The notes: a model not told the origin generated them from the letters alone. Shown: positions 37,618 to 49,984, counted from the whole stretch's first letter. The stretch is 63,169 nt of DNA, filler included, from Sphacelaria rigidula (GCA_964200075.2; 8 parts of 8 records of this genome joined end to end with filler, not necessarily neighbours in it), one strand, 5' to 3'. Program-made: numbers and translations.

Positions 37618-38507
37618 CTGTACGCCGTGTGAATTTTATTCCGGTTGTGGAAAGGAGAAGGGGGGTGGGGATAACGGGGGAAAGTGAGGAGGGGGAGAGG
37701 GGTGTCGACCTGACCTTTTACCATGTCAAAAGGATCCGGGAGAAATATCACGATCCTGACGTTTTGCAGGTCACGGCCAAGACTCGCCCCATGGATCACG
37801 GAAAACGCCAACCATATATGGTATCATTTTCTTCATTGATGAGAACCCATGATCAATCGACATACTTCATATATATACAAGAGTTTTGGCGGCTTCGCCC
37901 CCCCGATCAGTGGGACGACAGCCAAGATACATGAGCACCGGTGATATAGCTGTATGCGTCACGTAATGGCAAAGGTCACATTTTGGAGAAGGAGCCGTAG
38001 CAGCTCATGGGCTGAGCATGGTAGTGAATCTTAATCATGGATACTTCTATTGAGTAAGATTGATGCCGCTTCAACAGATGACCTACTTTTCTCGCTGTCA
38101 GAGGGTTGATGGAGAGCGGCCGGAAACTTTTGTCGTATCATTTGATTGTCATATGAGAATGATGCCGGTTCGATCTTCATCTAAAATCGACGCCGATTCC
38201 ACAAAACACTTTTTCTGTTTCGTTTTAGCCCGCAGAGCAACATGGATGATAGGGGTACGTACGAAGAAGACTCGACACTTTCCACGATAGCCCCCCCCCC
38301 AAAAAACAACACCCCTGATGGGGTTGGAGTCGGTTGGCGATGGCGCTATAAATCACGCGACTCGCTGCGTAAGCTAGGCAACGAGGTAACCGATTGTTTT
38401 TGCGCGCTCGCGTTTTTTTTACCCAAACAGATGGTGGTCGAGCTAGACCATGTTGTGCGGCGTGGGAGAACCTCAACTTCGCACAATGAGGATGATCGTA
38501 CAACATA

Positions 38508-39277
38508 CTTCCTCTCGGCCAATAAATAAGCTCACTTTCAAAAGACCATAAGATAAGCTCACTTGGTTGTGTTGCGATAACTCAGCCAAACAGATGTGCT
38601 TGACCGTCCAACCGCCAACATATGTTCCACATATGGCTGGCATCACATGAAAATATATATATATATATATATGATACCGGGATGACGAGTTATCGTCCCC
38701 GGCGTGAAAACAGCACGAAGTGAGCTTATCTAATGGACCTTTTCGCAGGAGGACACCGGTTTTAGCAGATATTTGCGCCAATGTGCGGTACGGCGGGTGC
38801 AAAGAACCTTTACTGTCGATGTTCAGACCCACGTAGTGTGTTTTAAAGTGACTGGGAATGTGCATGAGAAAAAAGTAAGCTTGGACACCCGGGGACAACA
38901 TGATGACCTTGTTGATGGCTGCCGCCTGATGGTATGCTGACTGCTGTGTGCTCAAATAAGGCTGTGGTGGTCCGATTTTCAAAACCAGCGGTTTTGGGAG
39001 ATTCTCCGAAACGCCTATAAAAACATTAGCAAAACCGTTTTTCCAAAAAATGATGGGAAGGCTGTCAACCGGTAGATTTTCGTTCTGCGCGACCGACATC
39101 CTCTGGTTGCCGTGAGTGTAGGTGAATATCTTCTGGGGACTTAGCAAAGACCTCGTTTTTGAGCTCTTCTCCAGAACTCTACGAGTGCAGCAAAAAAAAA
39201 CGTTTGACAAAGTCGAAGATAGGCAGGAGTTATACCGCAAAACCTGAAAGTGAGCTTATCTAATGGCCGAGAGGAAG
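38508..39277. mobile_element. Non-autonomous mariner/Stowaway-type element (770 bp)
   Basis: TA|CTTCCTCTCGGCCAATAAATAAGCTCACTTTC ... GAAAGTGAGCTTATCTAATGGCCGAGAGGAAG|TA, with internal copies of ATAAGCTCACTT. Confidence 0.8.
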
Positions 39278-39446
39278 TAGTGCTTATATGATGATACACC
39301 CATGAGGCAGTGTATACGTCGTAAGCCGTGGCTGCCTCTGGAAGTGGCGATACCAAAAAATACAGCAACTCACTGGAGGCTGTCATCCAAATGCAAGATA
39401 AATCAGTAGGCTTCGGGCCGAAGAATCTTAGCAGGATGCAGCTCAC

Positions 39447-39546
39447 NNNNNNNNNNNNNNNNNNNNNNNNNNNNNNNNNNNNNNNNNNNNTTAATTAATT
39501 AANNNNNNNNNNNNNNNNNNNNNNNNNNNNNNNNNNNNNNNNNNNN
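39447..39546. other. Artificial contig linker
   Basis: N44-TTAATTAATTAA-N44. Confidence 0.99.
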
Positions 39547-41746
39547 TCTCTAATTTGCTACAGAGTAAAAACTCACACAATGCAAGCAGCCAGGCTGTGC
39601 ATATTTCCAACAAATTTCACGCCAAGGCAAGAAGAAATGTGTAATATTACCGAATTTCTCGACAAACCTTTGTACATGTGCTTCTTGGGGATCATCCTGG
39701 CACGCATCGTGGTGTTCTTCTTTTCTTGTAAGCCGTCCTGTACCGCCTTCAGGGGGCCTGGATACTGGGACCCCTGGAAGCTGGTGGCTAACGAAGAGTA
39801 CGATCAATTGATCGATTTGGAGCATCAAAATACCTTCGGAACTCCAATCCGGATGACCTGAGCATTTCTGCAACAGATATGAGGGAAATCGTCACGAGGC
39901 TCCCTGGGTCTTTTGTGCGCATCATGAGTGGAGAGTAGACGACGCCAAAACGCAAAACATGACGGTTTTGGGCATATTCTGACTTCGCTGGAACCGGTCC
40001 AAAAATGTGTTTTTCCCGCTAGATTTCCGAGCACATGACGGTTACTAGGATTTTAGGCACGTGGGGATTCGGTGGAGACTGGGCTTGGAATATGTGCCTC
40101 CAATTTCACAACAATCTGAGAGGCGCTGATTGTTCGAGACACATTTTCGTCCATGGCGCCAACGCTCTAGCCTTGGACAAGAATCCGGCCATGTCACCCT
40201 CTTTGTCTGTTCATCGCGCTCAGCATGAAACCATGCATACGTATGACTATCGGGTGCGTATCGCGGAAGGCATTTGCGGAAGAGGAATATCGGGTCCTTG
40301 ACGTGAACCAGCCTGTATTGCTGACACGTGAGTTTCGTCCGCTTTTGCACGAGATCTGCAAGCCCCGTATTTGAATTCCTGAGTGACGGTATCCTACCAC
40401 AATCAATTCATGTTGGCGCATCATGAGTTCGGAATGCACCCAGAGAGAGAGGTCGAAGGAATGTGTGCTTCGCCGCCGCCACAAGAATTAGGATTTCGCT
40501 AAACCGCTGCAAGTTGAAGCGCAATTTGCTACAGAGCTGTACTTCGCACGAACGAGGTATGAACCACGCCGCTTTGATCTCAACACACGAGAGTTGGGTA
40601 GGCACGTTGGCGGTGGTCCTCCGAACGACCGTACTCGAGACCCGAGGAATCCACACCTGGGGGGTATCACGAGGCCGAGGCCATCTAGAACGCTCGAACG
40701 AACCAGGAAAGTCCAAAATGTCGTGTTCGAAAGGGAAGTGCCCTCCCTTTCACCACTGGTGATGAGTGAAAATGAGCCCTCGATGTTGTTGGGATGGTTC
40801 GGGGGTTTTGCCACTACCATCCGAAGCCGTCAAGTCATTGTATGTATGGAACCGGCAGCGCAATGGCTGGCCACGGCGGTGGTACGTGGTTTACCCCCGT
40901 CGCACAGCTTGGATCTCGACAAGAGCATGTACACATCGACGTCCGATTGTCGCCGAGCGAACGACTCTGTGCGTAGCGGGTACAGAGCTGGTGTTGCACG
41001 AGGTTAGCTTGTGCTGCGGCTGTCTGTGCGTGTATGTCCACGCTCGGTTGTGTGAGAGTGCAGTGAGACGCTCACTCCCTCCAATGGAGATGCTGTTGCC
41101 CTGCTACGGTACAGGAAGAAACCCCACTTGTCGGGTAAAGTCCGTTCTGTGCTCCTCCACCATGACGGAAGCGGTTGTGGTGAGCTGCCGAGTTCGACCC
41201 CGTTGACCTCGACCACCGTGACTTTTATGAAGAATCCTGCAGTCCTGCAGTCACTACGCGCCCGATGAACCGATCTTTATCCGGACGTGGGAAGACGCCG
41301 TCGCGGCAGGCGCAAGCATTCCGTTGGAAGGGGGTGGTGCGGTCGATCGCAGGTGAAATAGTTCAAAGCAAGGCGTGTGCACCTGCAACCTCTGTCGCGA
41401 GAGTATGCCGTTACCCCCCGGAAATCGAGGGTGATTCCGCCCCGTTTGTTGGCAGGCAAACGCGATATTCCATCCCCTTCTATCCGCCGGACACGAGCTC
41501 GGCGTACCCCAACCCTAACCCTAATCCCAGCCCGGAGTCCCAGCCAACAGCGTTCAAGTCGGCTCCCACAGATGTTGATTACATCCACGGTTTGAAACAC
41601 GAGTGCCACGCCAGTTCTTTGCCACCTTCCCTCCACGAAGTCCGCATCGGTTGGTTGTTGGTAACCATACTAGTGGCGCGTTTTTTCCTCGCTCATTGCG
41701 TCGTCTCTTGCTTCGCCTCCTTCGGTTGCTTCCGCAGGGGACGACT

Positions 41747-41831
41747 ATGTTGTCCAAAGTGAAAATACTTCGCCTCTGCAGCATCGGGATCGTCAGCGTC
41801 CTGCTTACTCCATCTGCCGTCGGCCAGGATC
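41747..41831 (+). CDS. Secreted Cys-rich/mucin-like protein, exon 1 (signal peptide)
   Basis: MLSKVKILRLCSIGIVSVLLTPSAVG-QD has a basic N-region, hydrophobic core and AVG cleavage motif. C|GTGAGT donor in phase 1; upstream 5'UTR acceptor at 41737. Confidence 0.7.
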
Positions 41832-42453
41832 GTGAGTTGTCGAGTGATTGTGGTTGAGATGATGGTTTCACTGTAGCACCTGCACGGGACTGGCGGAACG
41901 GGTATCGGGCGCAACAGGCGCGGGAAGTTTTGTCGGAGTCACGGCAGGGGGACATTTATTGCGATGTTGCGGAACAAATGGCCGCGCCCTTCGAGAAATT
42001 CCACGTCCACGAGCTGATTCCTCAGCCGTATTTTATCGCCGTGCGTGCTGTGTGTTGTTGACCCTATTCCATGCATTTCTTTCCCACTGCTACCCCGAGT
42101 GCGGACTCACCTCCTGCCTCGACATCCGAGACGAACCCCAGCACCAGTTCCCTCTCCCGCCCCAACGCCAGCGCCGACTCCCACCGGTCAGGGGTGGCGC
42201 ACGACCTCAGCGGCATGAAGTTGCCCGCATCCCGAGGAACCACCAACCCCACGCCATTGTGATCGCTTTTGTACGAGCTAAGAGCAACGATTGTTGTGTA
42301 CGAAAGGCGTACGCGTCAAGTTGTCGGAGTCACGGCGAAGCGAGGGTTCTCCCCTGCGTGAGCGAAACAGTGCTACGACCTTCACGGAAACGCACATCGA
42401 TTTGCCGTCGCGTGTACATGCTCGTGTCGCCGCTCCTGCCCGTTATGTGACAG

Positions 42454-42543
42454 GCTGTGCCGCGAACAGCGACTGCGAGGATACGTTCACGGGCGAGTTC
42501 GCCGACATCTGCGCTGTTCAGGGCAACAGTGGTAACTGTGCAG
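42454..42543 (+). CDS. Secreted protein, exon 2 (4 Cys)
   Basis: CAG / G|GTGACT, 90 bp, phase 1-1. Encodes CAANSDCEDTFTGEFADICAVQGNSGNCA. Confidence 0.75.
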
Positions 42544-42871
42544 GTGACTGTCCCCCCGCGATCGACCGTGCATCCTGTAATCATACGAGTCAGTTCCACG
42601 CACAGCCAACAGGACGGACTGCACACGGGTGAAGTACATGGAACAAGACCTCCCCCTGTTGACCACAGGAGGGTTGGATCCGATCCGAGGGTGCGGCCGT
42701 CCAGAGACGGTTGCCACGAGCCACGAACGCTCGTTGATCGCTAAGCGCAACTCGCGAGCAAAAATGACGCCGTTCTTCCCCCCCCCCCGTGCGGTGCAGC
42801 GGTAGCAAGAGATGCCATTTGTCTACTGCTGCTCTGACGACTGCTCCCGGTTTTTCTGTACGCATACACAG

Positions 42872-43012
42872 CGTGCATCGACAATACGGCTACGTGCAGA
42901 ATCAGGGAGTTTGATGACGGCACTCGCGAGAACGACTGCTGTAGGACCAGAGACTGCGTGAATGCCAACGGACCCGGCGATGGCGGAAACGACGACAAGT
43001 GCCAACTCAAAG
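42872..43012 (+). CDS. Secreted protein, exon 3 (knottin-like C-x6-C-x13-CC-x4-C-x14-C)
   Basis: CAG / G|GTATGA, 141 bp, phase 1-1. Encodes CIDNTATCRIREFDDGTRENDCCRTRDCVNANGPGDGGNDDKCQLK. Confidence 0.75.
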
Positions 43013-43329
43013 GTATGATCATGTCTGTAGATGGCGCGCAAGCGACGTTTCGTCGACCACAGAAAAACTGGTTTGGCCCGAGAGGTGGCACCTGGTGACT
43101 GGTGACAGGTTGCCTGCGTTCTAGCTGGGAAGTCGTACATAATCCGACGATCATTCGGCCTTTGTACGCTCTCTCAACGCGGAACCACGTGCAAGGCGTG
43201 TTGGTTACTTTCGACGTCATCGGCAAATTCACCGGTCAACTCACGACGACTGCCTTGTACTCCCGTACGTGTGACATCGTCTGTTTTCTCCACTGCCGAT
43301 AACGCACGCACCCACACACACGCTCCCAG

Positions 43330-43398
43330 GTTGCGTGAGCGATGGCGTCATCTGTCAGGGCGGCACGTGCTGCGCGATCGACCTCGACGTCTGTCTAG
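43330..43398 (+). CDS. Secreted protein, exon 4 (C-x6-C-x4-CC-x6-C)
   Basis: CAG / G|GTATTC, 69 bp, phase 1-1. Encodes GCVSDGVICQGGTCCAIDLDVCL. Confidence 0.7.
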
Positions 43399-44457
43399 GT
43401 ATTCGACAACACGGCAACACGCATGTGCACGTAGTCTGCGTGAACGCCGGCGGCATGGTACCACGAAATTGTCAGGGCCCACTACGTCTCGCTTGACCCA
43501 TGAGCGTGGCATTCGAACCGAGCAACGTTGTGACACGATGGTCCTTTATCCAATAGAGAACATTGTTCTTGTTGGGCAGTCGAACCAAGCTGAGCCCGAG
43601 CATGTCGGTATCAGCGCCGGACCCAGCTAGACGTGCAAGTATCACCCTCGTCCGTGTAGCCCATGGTCCCGACGTGAGCCCATCCCGACGTGGGCCCGTC
43701 ACATATTCGCGAAGATATAGGAATTGCCGGCTGATGCAGCGGGGGGTCTTGGGTACAGCGGCAAGCGTTGCTGCCCGCGATAGGTGGAAGGCTTGTTGAT
43801 GCATTTCTGCGAATGTCATGATGCGAACCAAACCTCGGGCGGTAGACATCAGTAACACGAGTGATGGAGCGAAAGGTACGAGATGTGTGAAGCGTAGCCA
43901 CCCTGCATGTCATTGGCGCGCCATCGACACGCCCACCCGACCTCGCTATGCTCGCAGACGATGGCCAAAGCATCGGCACCCCGGTGGTTGACGTTTGCCA
44001 GTGCACGAGTGGATCCCGCGATCCGGACACGAGGGAATGTGTCGGTGAGTTGGCGGCAATGTTGCTGACTCGATGTGAATGAATGTCGCCCTTCGCAATG
44101 TGACACGGCCGAGGAATGACGTCCGCCACCGTCGATAGTACCGTTCTTTCTTGGTACACAGCTGTGCGCGGGGATTTGTTGGCGTCAGAGAGCGTCGCAC
44201 GCGTCGTTTGCGGCTCAACTTCATGTTGCAGCGGCAGATGCAGTGCGTTGGCGACGGAAGGACTGAGCAATAGGAAACAGTCGTTCCAAGCCCGCAGTCT
44301 GCATCTCATGGGCATCTGCCTCGGGCACGGTCTGTAACTGAAAGTATGTTAGCAGGCGTATCTTGACGTGGTTGCAGTTGTCCATATTTGTACGCGCGTG
44401 ACCGTGACGACGTCGAGACGAGTCGACGTTCCTCGGCGCACGTCCCCTCCACCGCAG

Positions 44458-45617
44458 CGTCACCCCGGGCGCGCACGACGAGCAGTATCGTCGGTCTATC
44501 TTATCGCCATGCGTGCTTCCATGCGGTTAACTCACACCGTGCACCTTCCCCACTTGCTGCTCCGATTGTGAACTCACTTCCGGGACAAATTCTGGACCCA
44601 ACTCCTGCCCCAACACCGGCACCCACGCCTGCGCCTACCCCCGCCCCGACTCCTGCCCCAACACCGGCACCCACCCCTGCGCCTACCCCTGCCCCGACTC
44701 CTGCCCCAACACCGGCACCCACCCCTGCGCCTACCCCCGCCCCGACACCAGCACCAACCCCTGCGCCTACCCCCGCCCCGACTCCTGCCCCAACACCGGC
44801 ACCCACCCCTGCGCCTACCCCCGCCCCGACACCAGCACCAACCCCTGCGCCCACCCCCGCCCCGACTCCTGCCCCAACACCGGCACCCACCCCTGTGCCT
44901 ACCCCTGCCCCGACTCCTGCCCCAACACCGGCGCCGACCCCTGCGCCTACCCCCGCCCCGACACCAGCACCCACCCCTGCACCTACCCCCGCCCCGACTC
45001 CTGCCCCAACACCGGCACCCACCCCTGCGCCTACCCCCGCCCCGACACCAGCACCCACCCCTGCGCCCACCCCCGCCCCGACTCCTGCCCCAACCCCGGC
45101 ACCCACCCCTGCCCCGACTCCTGCCCCAACACCGGCGCCCACCCCTGCCCCGACTCCTGCCCCAACACCGGCGCCAACCCCTGCGCCCACCCCCGCCCCG
45201 ACACCAGCACCCACCCCTGCGCCTACCCCCGCCCCAACTCCTGCCCCGACCCCTGCCCCCACCCCTGCCCCAACCCCTGCCCCGACTCCTGCCCCAACAC
45301 CGGCACCGACCCCTGCGCCTACCCCTGCCCCGACTCCCGCTCCGACCCTTCCACCTACCCCGCCGCCGATGCCCGTCGGCGGCGACAGCTCCGACTCCAG
45401 TGACTCCGGTGACGGAGGAGGTGGCGGCCACGGCTCTGACTCCAGTGACTCCAGTGACGGAGGAGGCGGCGGCCATCGCTCTGACTCCGGTGACTCCTCT
45501 GACTCCGGTGACAAAGGGGGTCGCGGCCACAACTCTCGGGGTGGTGGCCACAGCTCTCGCGGTGGCGGTGGCGGTGGCGGTGGCGGTTCCAGTGACTCTT
45601 CGGATTCTCATGACTAG
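44458..45617 (+). CDS. Secreted protein, terminal exon: (PTPA)62 stalk plus Asp-Ser-Ser/Gly/His tail (5' boundary uncertain)
   Basis: The 744-bp array 44598-45341 varies almost only at synonymous sites. Stop TAG at 45615-45617; nearest phase-1 acceptor is CCGCAG at 44457. Confidence 0.75.
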
Positions 45618-47354
45618 AGCGGAAGCTCTTACGGCGGCGATTGCTCAGACGCCATTATCGGTCGGGGCGATGGATAGGCTCTTCTTGGTCGATATTTGTT
45701 CTAGTGTCGAGCTCCTCGCCTCAGGCAAGGACTGTTTGGTCGGACTGTCGTGGGACTGTTGCTCAACCTGTACGTGCTGAGATTGAGTGTCGCACAGCAA
45801 TAGAAGAACAGACAGCCAAGCGACCGTCGTCGCTTTGGTTTGAATATATAGGGCTTCAGCACACGTCACGGACCGTATTCAGCTCCAGACCTGCGTCGAA
45901 ACCGTACACGGTGTGGATGTTCTCGGCCGATCGTCTGGCAGTTCTAGTCTTTATTTATAACGTCAAATACACAGAGAAGCAATCCTCCTGCTCACTGCAG
46001 CTCATGAGATATTTCACTCAGATGTAAGAAAGACTTGTTGTTCACGATATCGGATGACGGCGAAGGACGACTCACGGGAGGGGCGAACGCGTCACTTGTC
46101 CTCGTCTCGAGGCATTGCTTCACGTAGGGATGCGTGGTCCTCCCCATTTTTGTTTATCATACAACGCGAATGCACGGCAGGGGAGGGAGGATCCTGAATG
46201 TCTTCCTATGGTGTTGAATGAGCGTGTACTGGGTGGTACCTTGATGGGGTCGTCATTTTGGCCAGCGCGCAATGTTCCTCCTAATTTCGTTCGTGTTCGT
46301 GCACCACATGGCGGAGACTGCGAGGTACTTGTGTGTATATTGATCAGTGTGACGTGAGGGTTGAGCGCGTCAGTACACTAGAGGAGGATGACGATCACGC
46401 TTGCTATGGCGTGGATGGAGGAGATGGAACGTCTGCTCTCGACGGCTCACCCTCCTGTGTGGCTTCACAGCTGTATGTTGCTAATGTATGACGTGTACGG
46501 GTCGCGCCCCTAGTGTATTCCTGTGTACGCAGGGTGCTAACCACTTGTTTTCGAGGCTACCGATACTGTTGGCTGCCGCAAGCCCGATGGGTTTTCACGG
46601 TACCTGGGTGTGGATTGCCGAAAGTACCCCGGGGTACGTGGGCTGTCGGGATCCCGCAGTGTTCGGTGATCGGGCGCGATAGCCTGTAGCTAGACAAGGA
46701 CACACAGTACGAAGCAGTATTGCAATGAAGTAGGAGTCGTGCTCGTCATGGCTGAAAACAGTGAAGACGGTCATGACCAGTATTGATATGTACGCAGACC
46801 GTTGCTGAATCTGAAATGATGAGCATCGTACAGCATGACCGGGAAGAACGGTCCGATGTAGCCTTGAATATTTCCTGTAGACTTCTGAGGGAACGAATAG
46901 GTTTTGTGGGAATGTGGGATGGCGGAGCATCCGTCGAGCGAAATGGGAAGAAGAAGAGCTTGATCCGTAAGGGAGCATAGCCACCGGCGAGTAAGACTAC
47001 CCGTGGAATGTATTGGGAGATTCTCATTTTATGGAAGTGAATCACTGTGATGGGAGAGCACTGTCGGATGCTCCCTTCGAGGCACAAAAGTGAGGGGAAG
47101 TGGTTTTTGCTATAAATACAGCGAGTGATGGGAACGTCATCCTGGTCGGATGTTTTTACCGAGAACAAGGTGGGAGCTTTCTCGGGTGCATGATGTATCG
47201 AGTGATGAGCCGGTGAGATTCAAGATTAATCCCTTGTTTCCTCTTTCTACATCTTCGCGGGCTGTTGCCCTCCCCGTGTGTGTGCCATTTGTGTTGGCCG
47301 CTGAGCGCCACTTCCAAAATTCATCTGTTTCTTTGCCTCGAGTGTGTTGGACAC

Positions 47355-47454
47355 NNNNNNNNNNNNNNNNNNNNNNNNNNNNNNNNNNNNNNNNNNNNTT
47401 AATTAATTAANNNNNNNNNNNNNNNNNNNNNNNNNNNNNNNNNNNNNNNNNNNN
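47355..47454. other. Artificial contig linker
   Basis: N44-TTAATTAATTAA-N44. Confidence 0.99.
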
Positions 47455-47547
47455 CACCCCCCCACCCACCCACCGCCCACACACACAAATCGGTCGATAA
47501 GCGCGACCGAAACAATGGCTGCGCAAGCGCTGCCTACATTTACCCAC

Positions 47548-47880
47548 CTGTTTGTTCCTCATGTAGAAGTATATAGCATGTTGATGCGGCATATTTTGCC
47601 CATATGTGTCTGCGTATCTGTCGAGGAACGCCAAGATTTTGTTTCGGTGAACAGGATCCCTCCCATCTCCCGGACCGCAATCACCCCTGACACGACACCC
47701 GAAACACAACATTCGTGAGATTCAGAGGGTTGTTTCAGATTCGGAGTGAGACCCGAAACAATCGACTTTCCAGTCGTTTTTGACATCGCCACAGATCGAG
47801 GAGTAATGCGCCCAGCTAGTGATGCGGTGGCTTCAATGACAGTTGTCACCTCCTGCACGATCATTTGGACACACCACTTG
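47548..47880 (-). pseudogene. Possible intron-containing transposase fragment (Sola-like)
   Basis: ..RNKILAFLDRYADTYGQNMPHQHAIYFYMRNKQ ends at a CAG|GTGGGT donor. It resembles an FL-x2-YA-x3-G-x2-MP segment I recall from Sola2-type transposases; recall-based only. Confidence 0.3.
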
Positions 47881-48282
47881 ATCGCAACAAATGATAATGC
47901 TCAAGCAAAAACAAATCATAATAAAAGTTTGCTGTTGGGAACGCTGGGTTATCCACTCCCACTCTGATACTACCCTCTGAATCTCCACGAATAGGGTCTT
48001 CCGGGTGCATCACGGTGAGAAACCCAGTTGAGCAATCAAGTTTCTCGTCACAGGTGTTTAACGGGTCTGTGTCGCATATAAAACCGCATGTGGACTGGGT
48101 TGGACCATGGCATGTGCGAGATTCAGAATCATTATTTCGCCATAATATCACACGCCTCTTGTCATGACCATGCGTGTGTAGTACATACGCGTAGACACCA
48201 GTACACGAAAGTCCTTGACCGGTTTTGAGCGCAAAGTGTGTATCCACCCACATATAACAGTGTTTTCGTGAGATTGAGAGTA

Positions 48283-49253
48283 CAGTGGGGGTTCCGATTT
48301 AAGAGCATCCGGAGTAAGAGAGTCCCCGATTCAAGAGCGGTTGAAATGGCTTGGCACGCACCGCTCTTAAATCGGACCCAATTTCCTTCGACCGCTCTTG
48401 AATCGGACCCCATCCGCACCGGCCGCACCCGCCTGTAGAAATCGGTGGAAAACGCGTCCTACAACCTGTACATAGGTAAGTACAGCAGTACAGTACGGTA
48501 CTGGTGCACAGCAGTCCCTCGCCTACACCACACATAGGCAGCTAGATAAGGATGGTCAATACTGCTGTACAGCAGTACAGCAGCAGTAGTCTCTAGTGCT
48601 GTACAGCACTGTCACATATTGAAGTGCGATGCCTTGTGCGGCGGGATCGCTCGGCAAATTTCCGCTGCTGACGCCGGACTCCCGGCATCCCACTGTGTTA
48701 CCTTAAAGTATACATATTATTTTTTACTACTGCTGTGAATCAAAGCAACACCGCAGTTCACTCCCTTGAAAAAAAGGGAATGAATCGTGTCATCCTCTTT
48801 CTTTTTTTACTTCAATGCTCGTGTTGCTTCAAGTCCCTTGGCCGAAGAAAAAACATGTTCGTTGAAGCAACGACCCAGTCAGGGTTGCTCGTGCTGCTGT
48901 CTGCCGATCTTTGTCTTGACCTGACGAAACAGCAGACGTAACGACACGGTGAAACCATTTTGACACATCTGCTCTCCCAAAGGATGCGAAGAAACACATT
49001 TCGACGCTTAGAATGCTCCTACCGAGATCTACGGGGAAACGTGCCGCAAAAGAGGAGCTGTTACTTCACTCGATAGCCTCGCAGAAGCCCATGCAGTACT
49101 GTAAAACACATCTGTTCGATATAAGGGCACTTTCTCTTAAATCGGTCGCTCGATTTAAGAGAAAGCGCTCTTATATCGGAACAAGAGCAGTTCCGATATA
49201 AGAGCGCTTTTAGCGATTTGGCACAGACTGCTCTTAAATCGGAACCCCCACTG
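48283..49253. mobile_element. Non-autonomous pogo/Tigger-type element (971 bp)
   Basis: Perfect 25-bp TIR CAGTGGGGGTTCCGATTTAAGAGCA, TA on both sides, multiple subterminal CGAT(T/A)TAAGAG repeats. Confidence 0.9.
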
Positions 49254-49984
49254 TATCCACTCCACATTCCAAGAAGAAAAATCATCTGTACTCAATATTG
49301 AGCGACTTACGGGCTGACCGGTCACCGGGGGTCCTGACATATTTCAGCCCAGATTCTGACTCTTCGGTATTCTCGGTCGATCAAGTCTGTCCCGATCGTA
49401 TTTGCGAAGAATGTGCAGGTTCGGTTTTTTTAAGTCTACCTACTAACTGCACTAGAGCCAAAAAACTGTGTCTCACGGTGAAAAACGTCTTCCTGATGAT
49501 AATCGGGATATCTGCCCGTATCACCCGATAACACCAATAACTAACACTAACTTGGGCACTGGGGAAGGGAAGACGATCTGTTTATTTCATCAAAGTCTGC
49601 CGACGCTAGCATTTTCGAGTTCTATCGATTAATGTGCGGAAATAATAGTGATGATAAAAAATTGAAGAGAAGTGACGAAAGAAATCTTGATGAGTACGAA
49701 ATGGTTCAGGCGCCCAGTACTGTAGGCGGGGGTATGCGGTACTGTAGTGTTTCACCACTTCGTACGCTTGTGTGGAGGTCGTGAGACTTCCAGAAGACGG
49801 TAGCAACCGTCGAAGGTGGCCAATGGTTCTCCTCGTGTTATGTTGTCAAGGAGTGACCGTAGTCAAGGGGTTCAGGCAGCTGGATCACTCGGCACCGGTT
49901 AGGGCAGATGAAATCTCATGAGAAGAGTGATCCCCAGGGCTTGACAGCAGTTCGCTGAAAAGATCTCTGTTACGGTGGGATCCC

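Noticed and set aside
38473-39240. 255-aa minus-strand ORF upstream of the LecA-like exon
   Set aside because: It lies within a TIR-bounded element, crosses a (TA)n run and has no recognisable domain.
39550-40480. Coding-like decayed sequence (similar stretches at 46600-47200, 59000-59650 and 61035-61200)
   Set aside because: Multiple stops and no motif I can identify, so no call is supportable without a homology search.
42071-42262. Ser/Thr/Pro-rich exon between exons 1 and 2 of the secreted protein
   Set aside because: The nearest upstream acceptor is phase 2, incompatible with the phase-1 donor of exon 1.
44501-45611. Silk/elastin-like (GVGA)n ORF and Arg/Gly/Cys-rich ORF on the minus strand
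   Set aside because: These are antisense shadows of the PTPA array. The signal peptide, splice sites and stop codon support the plus strand.
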